Part shown: positions 8,443-18,287 of the stretch, in pieces
Position numbering within the stretch: position 1 is the stretch's first letter
How the letters are laid out: each line of letters begins with the position of its first letter
DNA from: Alphaproteobacteria bacterium
GTDB taxonomy: Bacteria; Pseudomonadota; Alphaproteobacteria; UBA2136; UBA6156
Reading direction: 5' to 3'
Length of the DNA stretch: 32,000 nucleotides
Assembly: GCA_036261915.1 (NCBI GenBank)
Contig: DATAJX010000002.1
Span: forward strand, 22,997-54,996
Program-made: the position numbers and the translations under genes
The notes under the pieces: generated by a model
Told to the model about the DNA's origin: nothing
Database searches by the model: none
The model's input: only the letters and a program-made list of their open reading frames with translations

Positions 8443-9099
8443 ATGAGTACCAAACAACGCGTCGAAGCCCGTCATGGCCTGCTCGCCAAAAAGGTGGGGA
8501 TGACCCGTATTTTCAACGAAGCCGGTGTTCACGTGCCGGTCACCGTGCTGCATGTCGAAGCCAGCCAGGTGACCGCCCACCTGACCGCCGAAAAGAACGG
8601 CTACACCGCCGTGCAGATCGGCGCCTTCGCCAAAAAAGCCCAGCGCACCTCCAAGCCGCTGGTGGGCCACTTCGCCAAAAACGGTGTCGAGCCCAAGCAA
8701 AAGCTGGTCGAATTCCGCATGAGCGGCGAATTGCCGGCCATCGGTAGCGCCATCAGCACCGACCTGTTCAAGGCCGGCCAACTGGTCGACATCACCGGCA
8801 CCACCAAGGGCCGCGGTTTCACCGGCGCCATGAAGCGCTGGAACTTCGGCGGTCTGCGCGCCACCCACGGTGTGTCCATTTCCCACCGCAGCATTGGTGG
8901 TACCGCCGGTCGCCAGGATCCGGGCCGCGTCTTCAAAAACAAGAAGATGGCCGGCCACTACGGCGTCGAAACCGTCACCACCCAAAACCTGGAAGTGGTG
9001 CAGGTGAATGCCGAAGAAGGCCTGCTGCTCATCAAGGGTTCGGTCGCCGGTCACAACGGCGCCTGGGTCATCGTCCGCGATGCGGTTAAAGGAGTGTAA
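8443..9099 (+). CDS. rplC: 50S ribosomal protein L3
   Basis: [13 protein letters not shown]...[20 protein letters not shown] motif; synteny. Confidence 0.98.
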   Translation: MSTKQRVEARHGLLAKKVGMTRIFNEAGVHVPVTVLHVEASQVTAHLTAEKNGYTAVQIGAFAKKAQRTSKPLVGHFAKNGVEPKQKLVEFRMSGELPAIGSAISTDLFKAGQLVDITGTTKGRGFTGAMKRWNFGGLRATHGVSISHRSIGGTAGRQDPGRVFKNKKMAGHYGVETVTTQNLEVVQVNAEEGLLLIKGSVAGHNGAWVIVRDAVKGV

Positions 9100-9101
9100 T
9101 C

Positions 9102-9806
9102 ATGAACATCGATATTCTTAACCTCGAAGGTAAAAAGGTCGGCAGCACCGACCTGCCCGCCAGCCTGTTCGGCGTCGAAGTCCGCGCCGACCTGCTGCAG
9201 CGTGCCGTTACCTGGCAGCTCACCAACCTGCGCGGTGGTTTGGCCCACACCAAAACCCGCGGCGAGATCGCCCGCACCAAAAAGAAGATGTACGGCCAAA
9301 AAGGCACCGGTGGCGCACGCCACGGCGCCAAGTCGCCCAGCCTCTTCGTGGGTGGTGGCGTGGCCCACGGTCCGCGCAAGCACGAGATCAGCAGCAGCCT
9401 GCCCAAGCAGGTCCGCCAGCTGGCCCTCAAAACCGCGCTGTCTTCCAAGGCCGCCGACAAGAACCTGATCGTGGTCGACAGCCTCGCGCTCAAAAGCCTC
9501 AAAACCAAGGATCTGGCCGCCAGCCTCGCCAAACTGAAGATCAGCCAGGCCACCTTCCTGGTCGACAGCCTCGACGCCAATTTCGACAAAGCCAGCCGTA
9601 ACATTCCCAACCTGAAGGTGATCCCCACCGGCGGCGCGAATGTGTACGACATCCTGCGTTTCGAAACGCTGGTGATGACCCCGGCCGCCATCGAAATGCT
9701 GAACGCCCGCCTCTCCGGCGACGCGAAGGCCGAAAAAGCTTCCAAGCCCGCAGCCAAAAAGGCCGCGCCCGCTAAAAAGTCCACCAAAGCGAAAAGCGAG
9801 GAGTAA
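9102..9806 (+). CDS. rplD: 50S ribosomal protein L4 (Lys/Ala-rich C-terminal tail)
   Basis: QKGTGGARHG motif; synteny. The tail is DAKAEKASKPAAKKAAPAKKSTKAKSEE. Confidence 0.97.
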   Translation: MNIDILNLEGKKVGSTDLPASLFGVEVRADLLQRAVTWQLTNLRGGLAHTKTRGEIARTKKKMYGQKGTGGARHGAKSPSLFVGGGVAHGPRKHEISSSLPKQVRQLALKTALSSKAADKNLIVVDSLALKSLKTKDLAASLAKLKISQATFLVDSLDANFDKASRNIPNLKVIPTGGANVYDILRFETLVMTPAAIEMLNARLSGDAKAEKASKPAAKKAAPAKKSTKAKSEE

Positions 9807-9809
9807 GTG

Positions 9810-10115
9810 ATGGCCACCAAATCCGCCCCCACCGAACGCATGTACAACCTGTTCGTGCGCCCGCTGGTCACCGAAAAGACGAGCAAGCTGGGCAACTGGC
9901 TGGCCTTCGTGGTTGCCAACGATGCCACCAAGCCGGAACTGAAGACCGCCTTCGAACGCCTCTACGGCGCCGAAGTCGAGCGCGTCAACACGCTCATCCA
10001 AAAGGGTAAAACCAAGGGTGTCCGCGGCAAGCGCGTGTTCCGCAGCGATATCAAAAAAGCCTACATCAAGCTCAAGGACGGCCAAACGGTCGACCTGATG
10101 GCCGGTGTGAAGTAA
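9810..10115 (+). CDS. rplW: 50S ribosomal protein L23
   Basis: RPLVTEKTS...[16 protein letters not shown]...KKAYIKL. ATG at 9810 (GAGGAG 6 nt upstream) preferred over the GTG at 9807. Confidence 0.96.
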   Translation: MATKSAPTERMYNLFVRPLVTEKTSKLGNWLAFVVANDATKPELKTAFERLYGAEVERVNTLIQKGKTKGVRGKRVFRSDIKKAYIKLKDGQTVDLMAGVK

Positions 10116-10128
10116 GGGAGCAATCATT

Positions 10129-10962
10129 ATGGCTTTAAAAACCTACAATCCCACCAGCAACGGCCGCCGCCAGCTTATCGCGGTCGACCGTTCCGAACTC
10201 TGGAAAGGCGCCCCCGAAAAGAGCCTGACCACCCCGCTGTCCAGCAGCGGCGGCCGTAACAACACCGGCCGCATCACCAGCTGGCAACGCGGCGGCGGCC
10301 ACAAGCGCCGTTACCGCATGGTCGACTTCAAGCGCGCCAAGCACGGCGTACCGGCCAAGGTCCTGCGCCTCGAATACGATCCGAACCGCACCGCGTTCAT
10401 CGCCCTCATCGAGTACAAGGACGGCGAAAAGAGCTACATCCTGGCCCCGCACGACCTCAAGGTCGGCGCCACGGTCATGTCCGGCCCGCAAGCCGAAGTG
10501 GCTCCCGGCAACTCGCTGCCGCTGAAGAACATTCCCGTCGGTACGCTGGTCCACAACGTCGAACTCAAGCCCTCGCGCGGCGGCCAAATGGGCCGTGGCG
10601 CGGGTACCGCCATCCAGGTGGCCGGTAAAGACGGCGCCTACATCCAGCTCAAACTGCCCAGCGGCGAACTCCGCCTGGTGTTCGAGCAATGCATGGCCAC
10701 CATCGGCAGCGTTTCCAACCCCGACAACATGAACACCCAAAGCGGCAAAGCCGGCCGCACCCGCTGGAAGGGCAAGCGCCCCAGCGTGCGTGGCGTGGTC
10801 ATGAACCCGGTCGACCACCCGCACGGTGGTGGTGAAGGTAAGTCTTCGGGTGGCCGTCACCCGGTCACTCCCTGGGGTCAGGGCACCAAGGGCCTCAAAA
10901 CCCGTAACCTGCGCAAGCCCAGCTCGCGCTTCATCCTGCGCCGTTACAGCGACAAGAAGTAA
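10129..10962 (+). CDS. rplB: 50S ribosomal protein L2
   Basis: [22 protein letters not shown]...[13 protein letters not shown]. Confidence 0.98.
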   Translation: MALKTYNPTSNGRRQLIAVDRSELWKGAPEKSLTTPLSSSGGRNNTGRITSWQRGGGHKRRYRMVDFKRAKHGVPAKVLRLEYDPNRTAFIALIEYKDGEKSYILAPHDLKVGATVMSGPQAEVAPGNSLPLKNIPVGTLVHNVELKPSRGGQMGRGAGTAIQVAGKDGAYIQLKLPSGELRLVFEQCMATIGSVSNPDNMNTQSGKAGRTRWKGKRPSVRGVVMNPVDHPHGGGEGKSSGGRHPVTPWGQGTKGLKTRNLRKPSSRFILRRYSDKK

Positions 10963-10974
10963 GGAGAAACAGAT

Positions 10975-11265
10975 ATGGCTCGTAGTATCAAAAAAGGTCC
11001 TTACGTCGACCACAACCTGCTGGAAAAGGTTGCCAAACTGGGCAACACCGGCCGCAAAGAGGTCATCAAAACCTGGTCGCGCCGCAGCACCATCATTCCC
11101 GATTTCGTGGGCGTGACGTTCGCGGTTCACAACGGCAACAAGTTCATCCCCGTGCAGGTCACCGACAACATGATCGGTCACAAGCTCGGCGAATTTTCAC
11201 CCACCCGCACCTTCAACGGTCACCCCGAGAAGAAGGCCGGTGCCGAAGAACCCGGCAAGAAATAA
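10975..11265 (+). CDS. rpsS: 30S ribosomal protein S19
   Basis: [12 protein letters not shown]...[25 protein letters not shown]. Confidence 0.98.
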   Translation: MARSIKKGPYVDHNLLEKVAKLGNTGRKEVIKTWSRRSTIIPDFVGVTFAVHNGNKFIPVQVTDNMIGHKLGEFSPTRTFNGHPEKKAGAEEPGKK

Positions 11266-11276
11266 GGGATAGTTAA

Positions 11277-11801
11277 ATGACGCAAGTTCAAAACCCCCGC
11301 AAAGTGGCCGCCAACCAGGCGTTCGCCACCGCGCGCAACATCAAGGGCAGCCCGCAAAAGGCGCAATTGGTGATGGCCCTTATCCGCGGCAAAAAGGTCG
11401 AAAAGGCCCTCAACGACCTGACCTTCTGCCGTAAAAAGTTCGCCGACAGCGCCAAAAAGGTCCTGCAATCGGCCATCGCCAATGCCGAAAACAACCACGG
11501 CCTCAACGTCGACAAGCTCGTCGTCGCCCACGCCCTGGCTGAAAAAGGCATGGTGCAAAAGCGCTTCCACGCCCGCGCCCGCGGCCGTGCCGCCCAGGTC
11601 CAAAAGATCTGGACGCACCTGACCATCGTGGTCGCCGAGCCCGCCGAAAAGCCGGTCAAGGAAACCAAGGCCAAGCCGGAAGGTAAGGCCAAGGCCGCCA
11701 AGCCCGCCGCCAAAGCTGCCAAGGCTCCTAAAGCCGAAGCCGCCCCGGCCGCCGCTGCCGCGCCCGCCGAACAAGAAACTCAAACCGAGAGCAAGGAATA
11801 A
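11277..11801 (+). CDS. rplV: 50S ribosomal protein L22 (about 55-aa Ala/Lys/Pro-rich C-terminal extension)
   Basis: IKGSPQKAQLVMALIRGKKVEKAL...FHARARGRAAQVQKIWTHLTIVV, then a low-complexity tail. Confidence 0.97.
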   Translation: MTQVQNPRKVAANQAFATARNIKGSPQKAQLVMALIRGKKVEKALNDLTFCRKKFADSAKKVLQSAIANAENNHGLNVDKLVVAHALAEKGMVQKRFHARARGRAAQVQKIWTHLTIVVAEPAEKPVKETKAKPEGKAKAAKPAAKAAKAPKAEAAPAAAAAPAEQETQTESKE

Positions 11802-11804
11802 GCC

Positions 11805-12455
11805 ATGGGTCAAAAAGTAAATCCGATCGGCCTGCGCCTCGGCATCAACCGCGGCTGGGACAGCATGTGGTTCGCCGGCCGCGACTACCCCGAATTGCTG
11901 AAGGAAGACAACGCCATCCGCAAATTCCTGATGGAACGCCTCAAGGCCGCCTCCATCAGCAAGGTCATCATCGAACGCCCCAACAAAAAGTGCCGTGTGT
12001 TCATCCACAGCGCGCGCCCCGGTGTCATCATCGGTAAAAAGGGTGCCGAGATCGAAACGCTCCGCAAGGAAATCCAAACCCGCAGCGGCGCCGACGTCAG
12101 CCTCAACATCGTCGAAGTGCGCAAGCCCGACCTCGATGCCAACCTCATCGCCCAGGGCGTGGCCGACCAGCTGGAACGCCGCATCGCCTACCGCCGCGCC
12201 ATGAAGCGCGGCATGCAAAACGCCATGACCAACGGCGCTTTGGGTATCAAAATGCAGGTTTCGGGCCGTCTCAACGGTGGCGAAATCGCCCGCCGCGAAT
12301 GGTACAAGGAAGGCTCCGTGCCCATGCACAAGCTGCGCGCCGAGATCGATTACGGTTTCGCCGAAGCCAAAACCACTTACGGGATCATCGGCATCCAGGT
12401 CTGGGTCCACCTGGGCGAAAAGTATGCCATTGACTACTCGAACAATGTCCAGTAA
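11805..12455 (+). CDS. rpsC: 30S ribosomal protein S3
   Basis: [20 protein letters not shown]...KH domain [10 protein letters not shown]. Confidence 0.98.
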   Translation: MGQKVNPIGLRLGINRGWDSMWFAGRDYPELLKEDNAIRKFLMERLKAASISKVIIERPNKKCRVFIHSARPGVIIGKKGAEIETLRKEIQTRSGADVSLNIVEVRKPDLDANLIAQGVADQLERRIAYRRAMKRGMQNAMTNGALGIKMQVSGRLNGGEIARREWYKEGSVPMHKLRAEIDYGFAEAKTTYGIIGIQVWVHLGEKYAIDYSNNVQ

Positions 12456-12480
12456 ACGCGCCGAATAGAAGGAAAATACC

Positions 12481-12897
12481 ATGTTACAACCGGCCAAAAC
12501 CAAATACCGTAAGGCTCACAAGGGCCGCATTCACGGCCTCGCCAAGGGCGGCACCAACGTGAACTTCGGTGAATACGGCCTCAAGGCCATGGAACCCGAG
12601 CGTATCACCGCCCGCCAAATCGAAGCCGCCCGCCGCGCCATGACCCGTTTTGTGGCCCGCAGCGGCCGCGTCTGGGTGCGTATTTTCCCCGACGTTCCCG
12701 TGTCCAAAAAGCCTGCCGAAGTCCGCATGGGTTCCGGTAAGGGTGCCCCCGAAGTATGGGTCTGCCGCGTCAAGCCGGGCAAAATCCTGTACGAAATGGG
12801 CGGCGTTCCCGAGGCCACCGCACGCGAAGCCTTCCGCCTGGCGGCCATGAAGCTGCCGATCAAGACCAAATTCGTCGTCCGTCACCACGGCGCGTAA
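12481..12897 (+). CDS. rplP: 50S ribosomal protein L16
   Basis: [16 protein letters not shown]...[13 protein letters not shown]. Confidence 0.98.
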   Translation: MLQPAKTKYRKAHKGRIHGLAKGGTNVNFGEYGLKAMEPERITARQIEAARRAMTRFVARSGRVWVRIFPDVPVSKKPAEVRMGSGKGAPEVWVCRVKPGKILYEMGGVPEATAREAFRLAAMKLPIKTKFVVRHHGA

Positions 12898-12909
12898 GGA
12901 GAGAAAATT

Positions 12910-13110
12910 ATGGCCAAGCAACAATCTTTCGCCGAAATGACCAGCAAAAGCGCCGCGCAGCTGAAAACCCAGCTGAACGACCTGCGCAAAGAGCAGCTCA
13001 ACCTGCGCTTTGCCAAGGCCGCGGGCCAACTGGCCAACCACAACCGCTGGCGCGAAGTCCGTAAAACCATTGCCCGCGTTAAAACCGCGCTGAACCTGGG
13101 GAGCAAGTAA
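12910..13110 (+). CDS. rpmC: 50S ribosomal protein L29
   Basis: 66 aa, [35 protein letters not shown]; synteny. Confidence 0.95.
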   Translation: MAKQQSFAEMTSKSAAQLKTQLNDLRKEQLNLRFAKAAGQLANHNRWREVRKTIARVKTALNLGSK

Positions 13111-13111
13111 C

Positions 13112-13393
13112 ATGCCTAAACGTATTCTCACCGGCACCGTGGTGTCCGACAAAGGCCACAAAACCATCGTGGTGAAGGTCGACCGCACCAAGAGCCACCC
13201 GGTTTACGGCAAGATCATGCGCAGCAGCGATAAATTCCACGCGCACGACGAAAATAACGAAGCTAAAATGGGCGACACCGTCGAGATCATCGAATGCGTG
13301 CCGGTCAGCAAGCTCAAGCGTTTCGCCCTCCACAACCGCGTCAAGATCGTCGGCGAGATCGTCACCGACACCGCGTCCGACGTGCAGGCTTAA
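13112..13393 (+). CDS. rpsQ: 30S ribosomal protein S17
   Basis: [29 protein letters not shown]...[14 protein letters not shown]. Confidence 0.97.
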   Translation: MPKRILTGTVVSDKGHKTIVVKVDRTKSHPVYGKIMRSSDKFHAHDENNEAKMGDTVEIIECVPVSKLKRFALHNRVKIVGEIVTDTASDVQA

Positions 13394-13423
13394 AGATAAA
13401 CCAGAAAGGAAAAGGTCAGAACC

Positions 13424-13792
13424 ATGATTCAAACTGAAACCTACCTTGATGTTGCCGACAACAGCGGTGCACGTACGGTTATGTGCATTAAAGTGTTGGG
13501 CGGCAGCAAGCGCCGCTACGCCCGTATCGGCGACGTGATCATCGTCAGCGTCAAAGACGCCATCCCGCGCGCCAAGGTCAAAAAGGGCGACGTCGCCCGC
13601 GCCGTGGTCGTGCGTTGCGCCAAAGAAACCACCCGCCCGGACGGCACCAGCATCCGCTTCGACCGTAACGCCGCGGTGCTCATCGACACCAAAAACGAAC
13701 CCATCGGTACGCGTATCTTCGGGCCCATCGCCCGTGAGCTGCGCGCCCGCTCGTTCATGAAGATCATTTCGCTCGCGCCGGAGGTAATCTAA
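13424..13792 (+). CDS. rplN: 50S ribosomal protein L14
   Basis: [17 protein letters not shown]...[14 protein letters not shown]. Confidence 0.98.
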   Translation: MIQTETYLDVADNSGARTVMCIKVLGGSKRRYARIGDVIIVSVKDAIPRAKVKKGDVARAVVVRCAKETTRPDGTSIRFDRNAAVLIDTKNEPIGTRIFGPIARELRARSFMKIISLAPEVI

Positions 13793-14208
13793 TGGCTACC
13801 CAACAATTCTCTTCCAAGTTGAAGAAGGGCGATGAAGTTATTGTTATCGCTGGCAAAGACAAAGGCAAGAATGGCCGCATCACCCGTATCGTGAGCGCCA
13901 CCAACCGCGCCGTTGTCGAAGGCATCAACACCGTCAAAAAGCACGTCACCGCGCGTGCCGCCATGGCCCGCCAGGCCGAACCCGGTGTCGTCAACAAGGA
14001 ACTGCCCATCGCCATCAGCAACCTGATGCTGAAGGATCCCAAAACCGGCAAGCCCACGCGCGTCGGCTACAAGATCGAAAACGGCAGCAAGGTGCGTGTG
14101 GCCAAGGCCAGCGGCACCGTGCTCGACACCATTTCCAAAAAGACCGGCAGCGAAAAGGCCCCTAAAGCCAAACCCGCCGCCAAAACCAACGCTAAGTCCA
14201 AAAAGTAA
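13792..14208 (+). CDS. rplX: 50S ribosomal protein L24 (Lys-rich C-terminal tail)
   Basis: [20 protein letters not shown] (KOW motif). TAATG overlap with rplN. Confidence 0.96.
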   Translation: MATQQFSSKLKKGDEVIVIAGKDKGKNGRITRIVSATNRAVVEGINTVKKHVTARAAMARQAEPGVVNKELPIAISNLMLKDPKTGKPTRVGYKIENGSKVRVAKASGTVLDTISKKTGSEKAPKAKPAAKTNAKSKK

Positions 14209-14220
14209 AGGATACTGACG

Positions 14221-14907
14221 ATGGCTGAAAAGCAACCCAAAGCAGCAAAGGCCGCCAAGGCCGAAGCTCCCAAAGGCGTCAAGGCCAGCAAGCCGGTGGG
14301 CGATTACGTTCCCCGCTTCGCGACCCTGTACAACGAAAAGATCAAGTCCGAACTCACCAAGCAGTTCGGCTACACCAACGCTTTCCAAACCCCCAAGCTG
14401 ACCAAGATCGTCATCAACATGGGTGTGGGTAAAGCCGGCGAAGACAAAAAGCTGCTCGACGCCGCCATCGCCGACATGAAGCTGATCTCGGGCCAACAAC
14501 CGGTGCAAACCATTGCCCGCAAGTCGCTGGCCAACTATAAGATCCGCGAAGGCATGGCCATCGGCTGCAAGGTCACCCTGCGTGGCCCCCGCATGTACGA
14601 ATTCCTCGACCGCCTGATCACCATCGCGCTGCCCCGCGTACGCGACTTCGAAGGCATCAGCAGCCGTTCGTTCGACGGCCGCGGCAACTACGCCATGGGT
14701 ATCAAGGAACAGATCATCTTCCAGGAGATCGATTTCGACAAGATCGACCGGATCCGCGGTATGGACGTGATCATCTGCACCAACGCCAAGTCCGACGACG
14801 AAGCCCGTGCCCTGCTCACCGCGTTCGGCATGCCGTTCCGCAAAACCCGCCAACAAATCCAGGCCGCCCAAGAAGCCAAAGCGGCCAAACAAGGGAAGGG
14901 TGCCTAA
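14221..14907 (+). CDS. rplE: 50S ribosomal protein L5 (N- and C-terminal Lys/Ala extensions)
   Basis: KIVINMGVG...[25 protein letters not shown]...[16 protein letters not shown]. Confidence 0.97.
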   Translation: MAEKQPKAAKAAKAEAPKGVKASKPVGDYVPRFATLYNEKIKSELTKQFGYTNAFQTPKLTKIVINMGVGKAGEDKKLLDAAIADMKLISGQQPVQTIARKSLANYKIREGMAIGCKVTLRGPRMYEFLDRLITIALPRVRDFEGISSRSFDGRGNYAMGIKEQIIFQEIDFDKIDRIRGMDVIICTNAKSDDEARALLTAFGMPFRKTRQQIQAAQEAKAAKQGKGA

Positions 14908-14909
14908 TC

Positions 14910-15215
14910 ATGGCTAAACGTTCCGTCAAGTTCCGCCAGGAAAACCGCGAAGCCATGGTCAAGCGCCATGCCGCCAAGCGCGCCGACCTCAAGGCCAAGA
15001 TCATCAACGAAAACCTGCCGTTTGCCGAACGCATGGAAGCCCGCGACACGCTCAACGCGATGCCGCGCGATGGCGCCAAAACCCGCCTGCGCAACCGTTG
15101 CCAACTCACCGGCCGCCCGCGTGGCGTCTACAGCCGCTTCGGCCTCGGCCGCAGCATGCTGCGCAAACTGGCCAGCACCGGCATGCTGCCGGGCGTACGT
15201 AAGGGGAGCATGTAA
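14910..15215 (+). CDS. rpsN: 30S ribosomal protein S14 (long, zinc-free type)
   Basis: 101 aa, RLRNRCQLTGRPRGVYSRFGLGRSMLRKLASTGMLPGVRKGSM. Confidence 0.97.
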   Translation: MAKRSVKFRQENREAMVKRHAAKRADLKAKIINENLPFAERMEARDTLNAMPRDGAKTRLRNRCQLTGRPRGVYSRFGLGRSMLRKLASTGMLPGVRKGSM

Positions 15216-15216
15216 C

Positions 15217-15618
15217 ATGGCTAACATCACCGATCCTATCGCCGACCTGTTCGCGCGCCTCAAAAACGGCCTGAGCCGCCAGCACAAGACCATCACCGTG
15301 CCGGCCTCCAGCCTCAAAAAGGCCATCCTCGACGTGCTGGTCGCCGAAGGCTACCTGCTGGGCGTGAGCGAAAGCGCCGACAAGCGCGGCCACAAGCAGT
15401 TCGACATCGAGCTGAAGTACTACCAAGGCAAGCCGGTCATCACCAGCCTGTCGCGCATCAGCAAGCCTGGCCGCCGCGAGTACACGCAAGCCGTCAACAT
15501 TCCCATGGTCAGCAACGGCCTGGGCGTTACCCTCATCAGCACCAGCAAGGGCGTCGTTTCCGACACCAAGGCTCGCGAGCTGAACGTCGGTGGCGAAGTC
15601 ATCGGCCAAGTATTCTAA
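15217..15618 (+). CDS. rpsH: 30S ribosomal protein S8
   Basis: In-frame ATG at 15217 within ORF 14968..15618. MANITDPIADLFARLKNG...GLGVTLISTSKGVVSD. Confidence 0.97.
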   Translation: MANITDPIADLFARLKNGLSRQHKTITVPASSLKKAILDVLVAEGYLLGVSESADKRGHKQFDIELKYYQGKPVITSLSRISKPGRREYTQAVNIPMVSNGLGVTLISTSKGVVSDTKARELNVGGEVIGQVF

Positions 15619-15640
15619 GCCGGGAACAGGGAGAAATAGT

Positions 15641-16171
15641 ATGTCTCGTATTGGTAAAAAACCCATCACCATCCCCAAGGGCGTCGAAGTGACCGTCAGC
15701 GGCCGCAACGTCACCGTCAAGGGTCCCAAGGGCAGCCTGGTGCAGGAAATGCACCCGCACATCGCCGCCAAGGTCGAAAACGGCGAGGTCGAATTCACCC
15801 CCGTGGCCAAGGGCAACATCAGTCCCATCTGGGGCGCCATGCGCGCGCTGGTCGGCAACATGATCACCGGCGTCACCGAAGGCTACAGCGTTGCGCTCAG
15901 CCTGGTCGGCGTGGGTTACCGCGCCACCGCGCAGGGCAGCAAGCTGGGCATGACGCTCGGCTACAGCCACCCCATCGAGCTGGCCGTGCCGCAAGGCCTC
16001 ACGGTCGACGTGAAAGACCAGACCCAGATCACCATCAGCGGCATCAACAAGCACGCGGTCGGCCAGTTCGCCGCCAAGGTGCGCGACCAACGCAAACCCG
16101 AACCCTTCAAGGGCAAGGGCGTGCGCTATGCCAACGAACACATCGTCATGAAAGAAGGCAAGAAGAAGTAA
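15641..16171 (+). CDS. rplF: 50S ribosomal protein L6
   Basis: ATG at 15641 with GGGAGA RBS. MSRIGKKPITIPKGVEVTVSGRNVTVKGPKGSL. Confidence 0.97.
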   Translation: MSRIGKKPITIPKGVEVTVSGRNVTVKGPKGSLVQEMHPHIAAKVENGEVEFTPVAKGNISPIWGAMRALVGNMITGVTEGYSVALSLVGVGYRATAQGSKLGMTLGYSHPIELAVPQGLTVDVKDQTQITISGINKHAVGQFAAKVRDQRKPEPFKGKGVRYANEHIVMKEGKKK

Positions 16172-16189
16172 TTCTTCTTACCGACTGCC

Positions 16190-16216
16190 AAAAAAGCGCC
16201 GAAAAGGCGCTTTTTT
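16190..16216 (+). terminator. Canonical intrinsic terminator inside the spc operon (after rplF)
   Basis: AAAAAA-GCGCC-GAAAA-GGCGC-TTTTTT (stem 16196-16210, T-run 16211-16216), 19 nt after the rplF stop. Confidence 0.7.
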
Positions 16217-16221
16217 GTGGC

Positions 16222-16345
16222 GCTCGGTCCCCTCGCTGGCCCGCTGGCGGGCCGTCGCTTCGCGATTTACTCCCCTTATGAAGTCCGCCTTCGGCGGAAT
16301 CCGCTCACGCGTCCAAAGCCGCAAGGGCTTGAAAAAAGCCCTTGC
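16222..16345 (+). repeat. Multi-hairpin repeat element, copy 1 (lacks the first module)
   Basis: Shares GCTCGG...hairpin...CCTTATGAAGTCCGCCTTCGGCGGAATCCGCTCACGCGTCCAAAGCC with 22471-22551 and 26327-26408. Ends in the 9-bp hairpin GCAAGGGCT/AGCCCTTGC. Confidence 0.8.
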
Positions 16346-16370
16346 CAAGGTATGAATTTCCCCCCATAAG
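16342..16370 (+). promoter_or_regulatory. Candidate internal promoter ahead of rplR
   Basis: TTGCCA (16342-16347), 17-nt spacer, CATAAG (16365-16370). The same -10 hexamer and spacing occur in the candidate at 30946-30974. Confidence 0.35.
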
Positions 16371-16468
16371 CCCCCCATCCACGGGTTGGTCGAGCCAATT
16401 GGGTTCCCAAACCGCGGCAAACGCCCCGTAGTTTAAAACGGCTAGACGAACAGAAAAGGAGCAAATCC

Positions 16469-16834
16469 ATGGGTTATATCCATGAATCGAACATTCACCG
16501 CCGCGCCCGCCGCGTGCGCCACAAGCTGCGCAGCGTCGCGCCCGGCAAGCTGCGCCTCAGCATCTTCCGCAGCAACGCCAACATCAGCCTGCAGATCATC
16601 GACGACGTGAAGGGCGTTACCCTCGTATCCGCCAGCACGAACGAAAAGGCCATCCGCAAGGGCATGACCAACACCCGCGGCCTCGACGCCGCCGTCGCCA
16701 TGGGCAAAACCATCGGCGAACGCGCGGTCAAAGCCGGCATCACCGAAGTGTTCTTCGACCGTGGCAGCTACCGCTACATGGGTCGCGTCAAGGCCCTGGC
16801 CGACGCCGCCCGCAGTGCAGGCCTGAAATTCTAA
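16469..16834 (+). CDS. rplR: 50S ribosomal protein L18
   Basis: [11 protein letters not shown]...[17 protein letters not shown]...[26 protein letters not shown]. Confidence 0.97.
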   Translation: MGYIHESNIHRRARRVRHKLRSVAPGKLRLSIFRSNANISLQIIDDVKGVTLVSASTNEKAIRKGMTNTRGLDAAVAMGKTIGERAVKAGITEVFFDRGSYRYMGRVKALADAARSAGLKF

Positions 16835-16855
16835 GCGCAAGAGAAGAGAAAACAC

Positions 16856-17656
16856 ATGGATATGGAACACAACCAAAACCGCAGCGAACGCACTGCCGAG
16901 CTGGTCGATAAACTGGTCGGCGTCCGCCGCGTCGCCAAAACCGTCAAAGGCGGCCGCCGCATGGCGTTCGGCGCCCTGGTGGTGGTGGGCGACGAAAACG
17001 GCCGCGTGGGCTTCGGCAAGGGCAAGGCCCGCGAAGTGCCCGACGCCGTGCGCAAGGCCACCGACGAAGCCAAGCGCACCATGGTGCGCGTGCCGCTGCG
17101 CCAGGGCCGCACCCTGCACCACGAAGTGAAGGGTCGTTTCGGCGCCTCCCGCGTCATCCTCAAGCCGGCCGTGCCCGGTACCGGTATCATCGCCGGTGGC
17201 CCGATGCGCGCCCTGTTTGAAGCCATGGGCATCAAAGACGTCGTGGCCAAGGCCATGGGCTCCACCAACCCCTTCAACCTCATCCGCGCCACCTTCGACG
17301 CGTTCGCTTCCATCGAAACCCCCCGCAGCATCGCCGCCAAGCGTGGCCTGAAGCTGACCGACCTCACCCTGCACAAGGCCGAGGCCAGCAAGGGCGAAGG
17401 CGACGCCGCCGAACTGATGGAAAAGATGGAAAAGGCCAAGGCCAAAAAGCTTGCCGCCCGCGCTGCCGAAAAGGAAGCCAAGGCCAAGCGCTTTGACAAA
17501 AAAGGCCCCCGTCGCGATGGTCAAGGCGCCCCCGGTGGCCGTGGCCCTCGCCGCGACGCCGAAGCCAAGTCGAACGTCACCGTGGTGAGCAAGGCCGACA
17601 GCATGAGCGCTGCCACCGAAGCCCCGGCCGAATCGACCGAAACCAAATCCGAATAA
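16856..17656 (+). CDS. rpsE: 30S ribosomal protein S5 with about 95-aa low-complexity C-terminal extension
   Basis: [42 protein letters not shown]...[19 protein letters not shown]. After [11 protein letters not shown] comes a Lys/Ala/Glu/Gly-rich tail. Confidence 0.96.
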   Translation: MDMEHNQNRSERTAELVDKLVGVRRVAKTVKGGRRMAFGALVVVGDENGRVGFGKGKAREVPDAVRKATDEAKRTMVRVPLRQGRTLHHEVKGRFGASRVILKPAVPGTGIIAGGPMRALFEAMGIKDVVAKAMGSTNPFNLIRATFDAFASIETPRSIAAKRGLKLTDLTLHKAEASKGEGDAAELMEKMEKAKAKKLAARAAEKEAKAKRFDKKGPRRDGQGAPGGRGPRRDAEAKSNVTVVSKADSMSAATEAPAESTETKSE

Positions 17657-17683
17657 TCAATGGCAATATAGGGAAACCGAGTC

Positions 17684-18193
17684 ATGAAACTGAACCAGAT
17701 CGCCGATAACAAAGGCGCCCACCAACCCGCCACCCGCAAGGGCCGCGGTATCGGCTCCACCAAGGGTAAAACCTCGGGCCGTGGTGTCAAAGGGCAGGGT
17801 GCCCGCAAGTCCGGCAACGTGCGCGCCGGTTTCGAAGGCGGTCAAAACCCGCTGTACCGCCGCCTGCCGATGCGCGGTTTCAACAACAGCAACTTCCGTA
17901 TCGAGTACACTGTTGTTAACCTCGGCACGCTCGAGCAAATGGCCCTCGACGGCCGTATCGACGCGTCCAAGCCCATCACCATCGACACCATCATCGGTGC
18001 CGGCCTCACCAAAAAGCCCCTGTCGGGCCTCAAAATCCTGGGTAACGGCGATGTGACCACCAAGTTCACCATCACCGCCGCCCACGCCAGCGCCAGCGCG
18101 GTCGAAAAGATCGCCAAGGCCGGCGGCAAGCTCACCCTGCTTCCCAAAAAGGAAAAGCAGGTCGGCAAACTGCTGCCTAAAGACAAGCGCTAA
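17684..18193 (+). CDS. rplO: 50S ribosomal protein L15
   Basis: MKLNQIADNKGA...GRGIGSTKGKTSGRGVKGQGAR...FEGGQNPLYRRLPMRGF. Confidence 0.97.
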   Translation: MKLNQIADNKGAHQPATRKGRGIGSTKGKTSGRGVKGQGARKSGNVRAGFEGGQNPLYRRLPMRGFNNSNFRIEYTVVNLGTLEQMALDGRIDASKPITIDTIIGAGLTKKPLSGLKILGNGDVTTKFTITAAHASASAVEKIAKAGGKLTLLPKKEKQVGKLLPKDKR

Positions 18194-18220
18194 ATAACGG
18201 CGATTTTGTCCGACTTCGAA

Positions 18221-18255
18221 AGCGCCCCGGCTTGTAGCCGGGGCGCTTTTGCTTT
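18221..18255 (+). terminator. Hairpin terminator/attenuator between rplO and secY
   Basis: AGCGCCCCGGC-TTGTA-GCCGGGGCGCT (11-bp stem) followed by TTTGCTTT. Confidence 0.55.
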
Positions 18256-18287
18256 ACAACCACCCCAACAATTAAAGGGAATTTTCC

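Noticed and set aside
8050-12503. Long minus-strand ORFs (8050..9054, 9051..10127, 10135..11181, 11220..12503) antisense to the S10 operon
   Set aside because: They lie antisense to unmistakable ribosomal protein genes. Their Gly/Ala/Arg/His/Val-rich composition is typical of stop-codon-poor frames in high-GC DNA. They have no RBS and no motifs.
16278-16355. 25-aa basic peptide MKSAFGGIRSRVQSRKGLKKALAKV encoded inside repeat copy 1, with related frames in ORFs 22428..22658 and 26145..26609
   Set aside because: Copy 2 has ATT instead of ATG. Copy 3 has a 1-nt indel that shifts the frame, while the hairpin pairing is preserved. Conservation is therefore structural, not coding.
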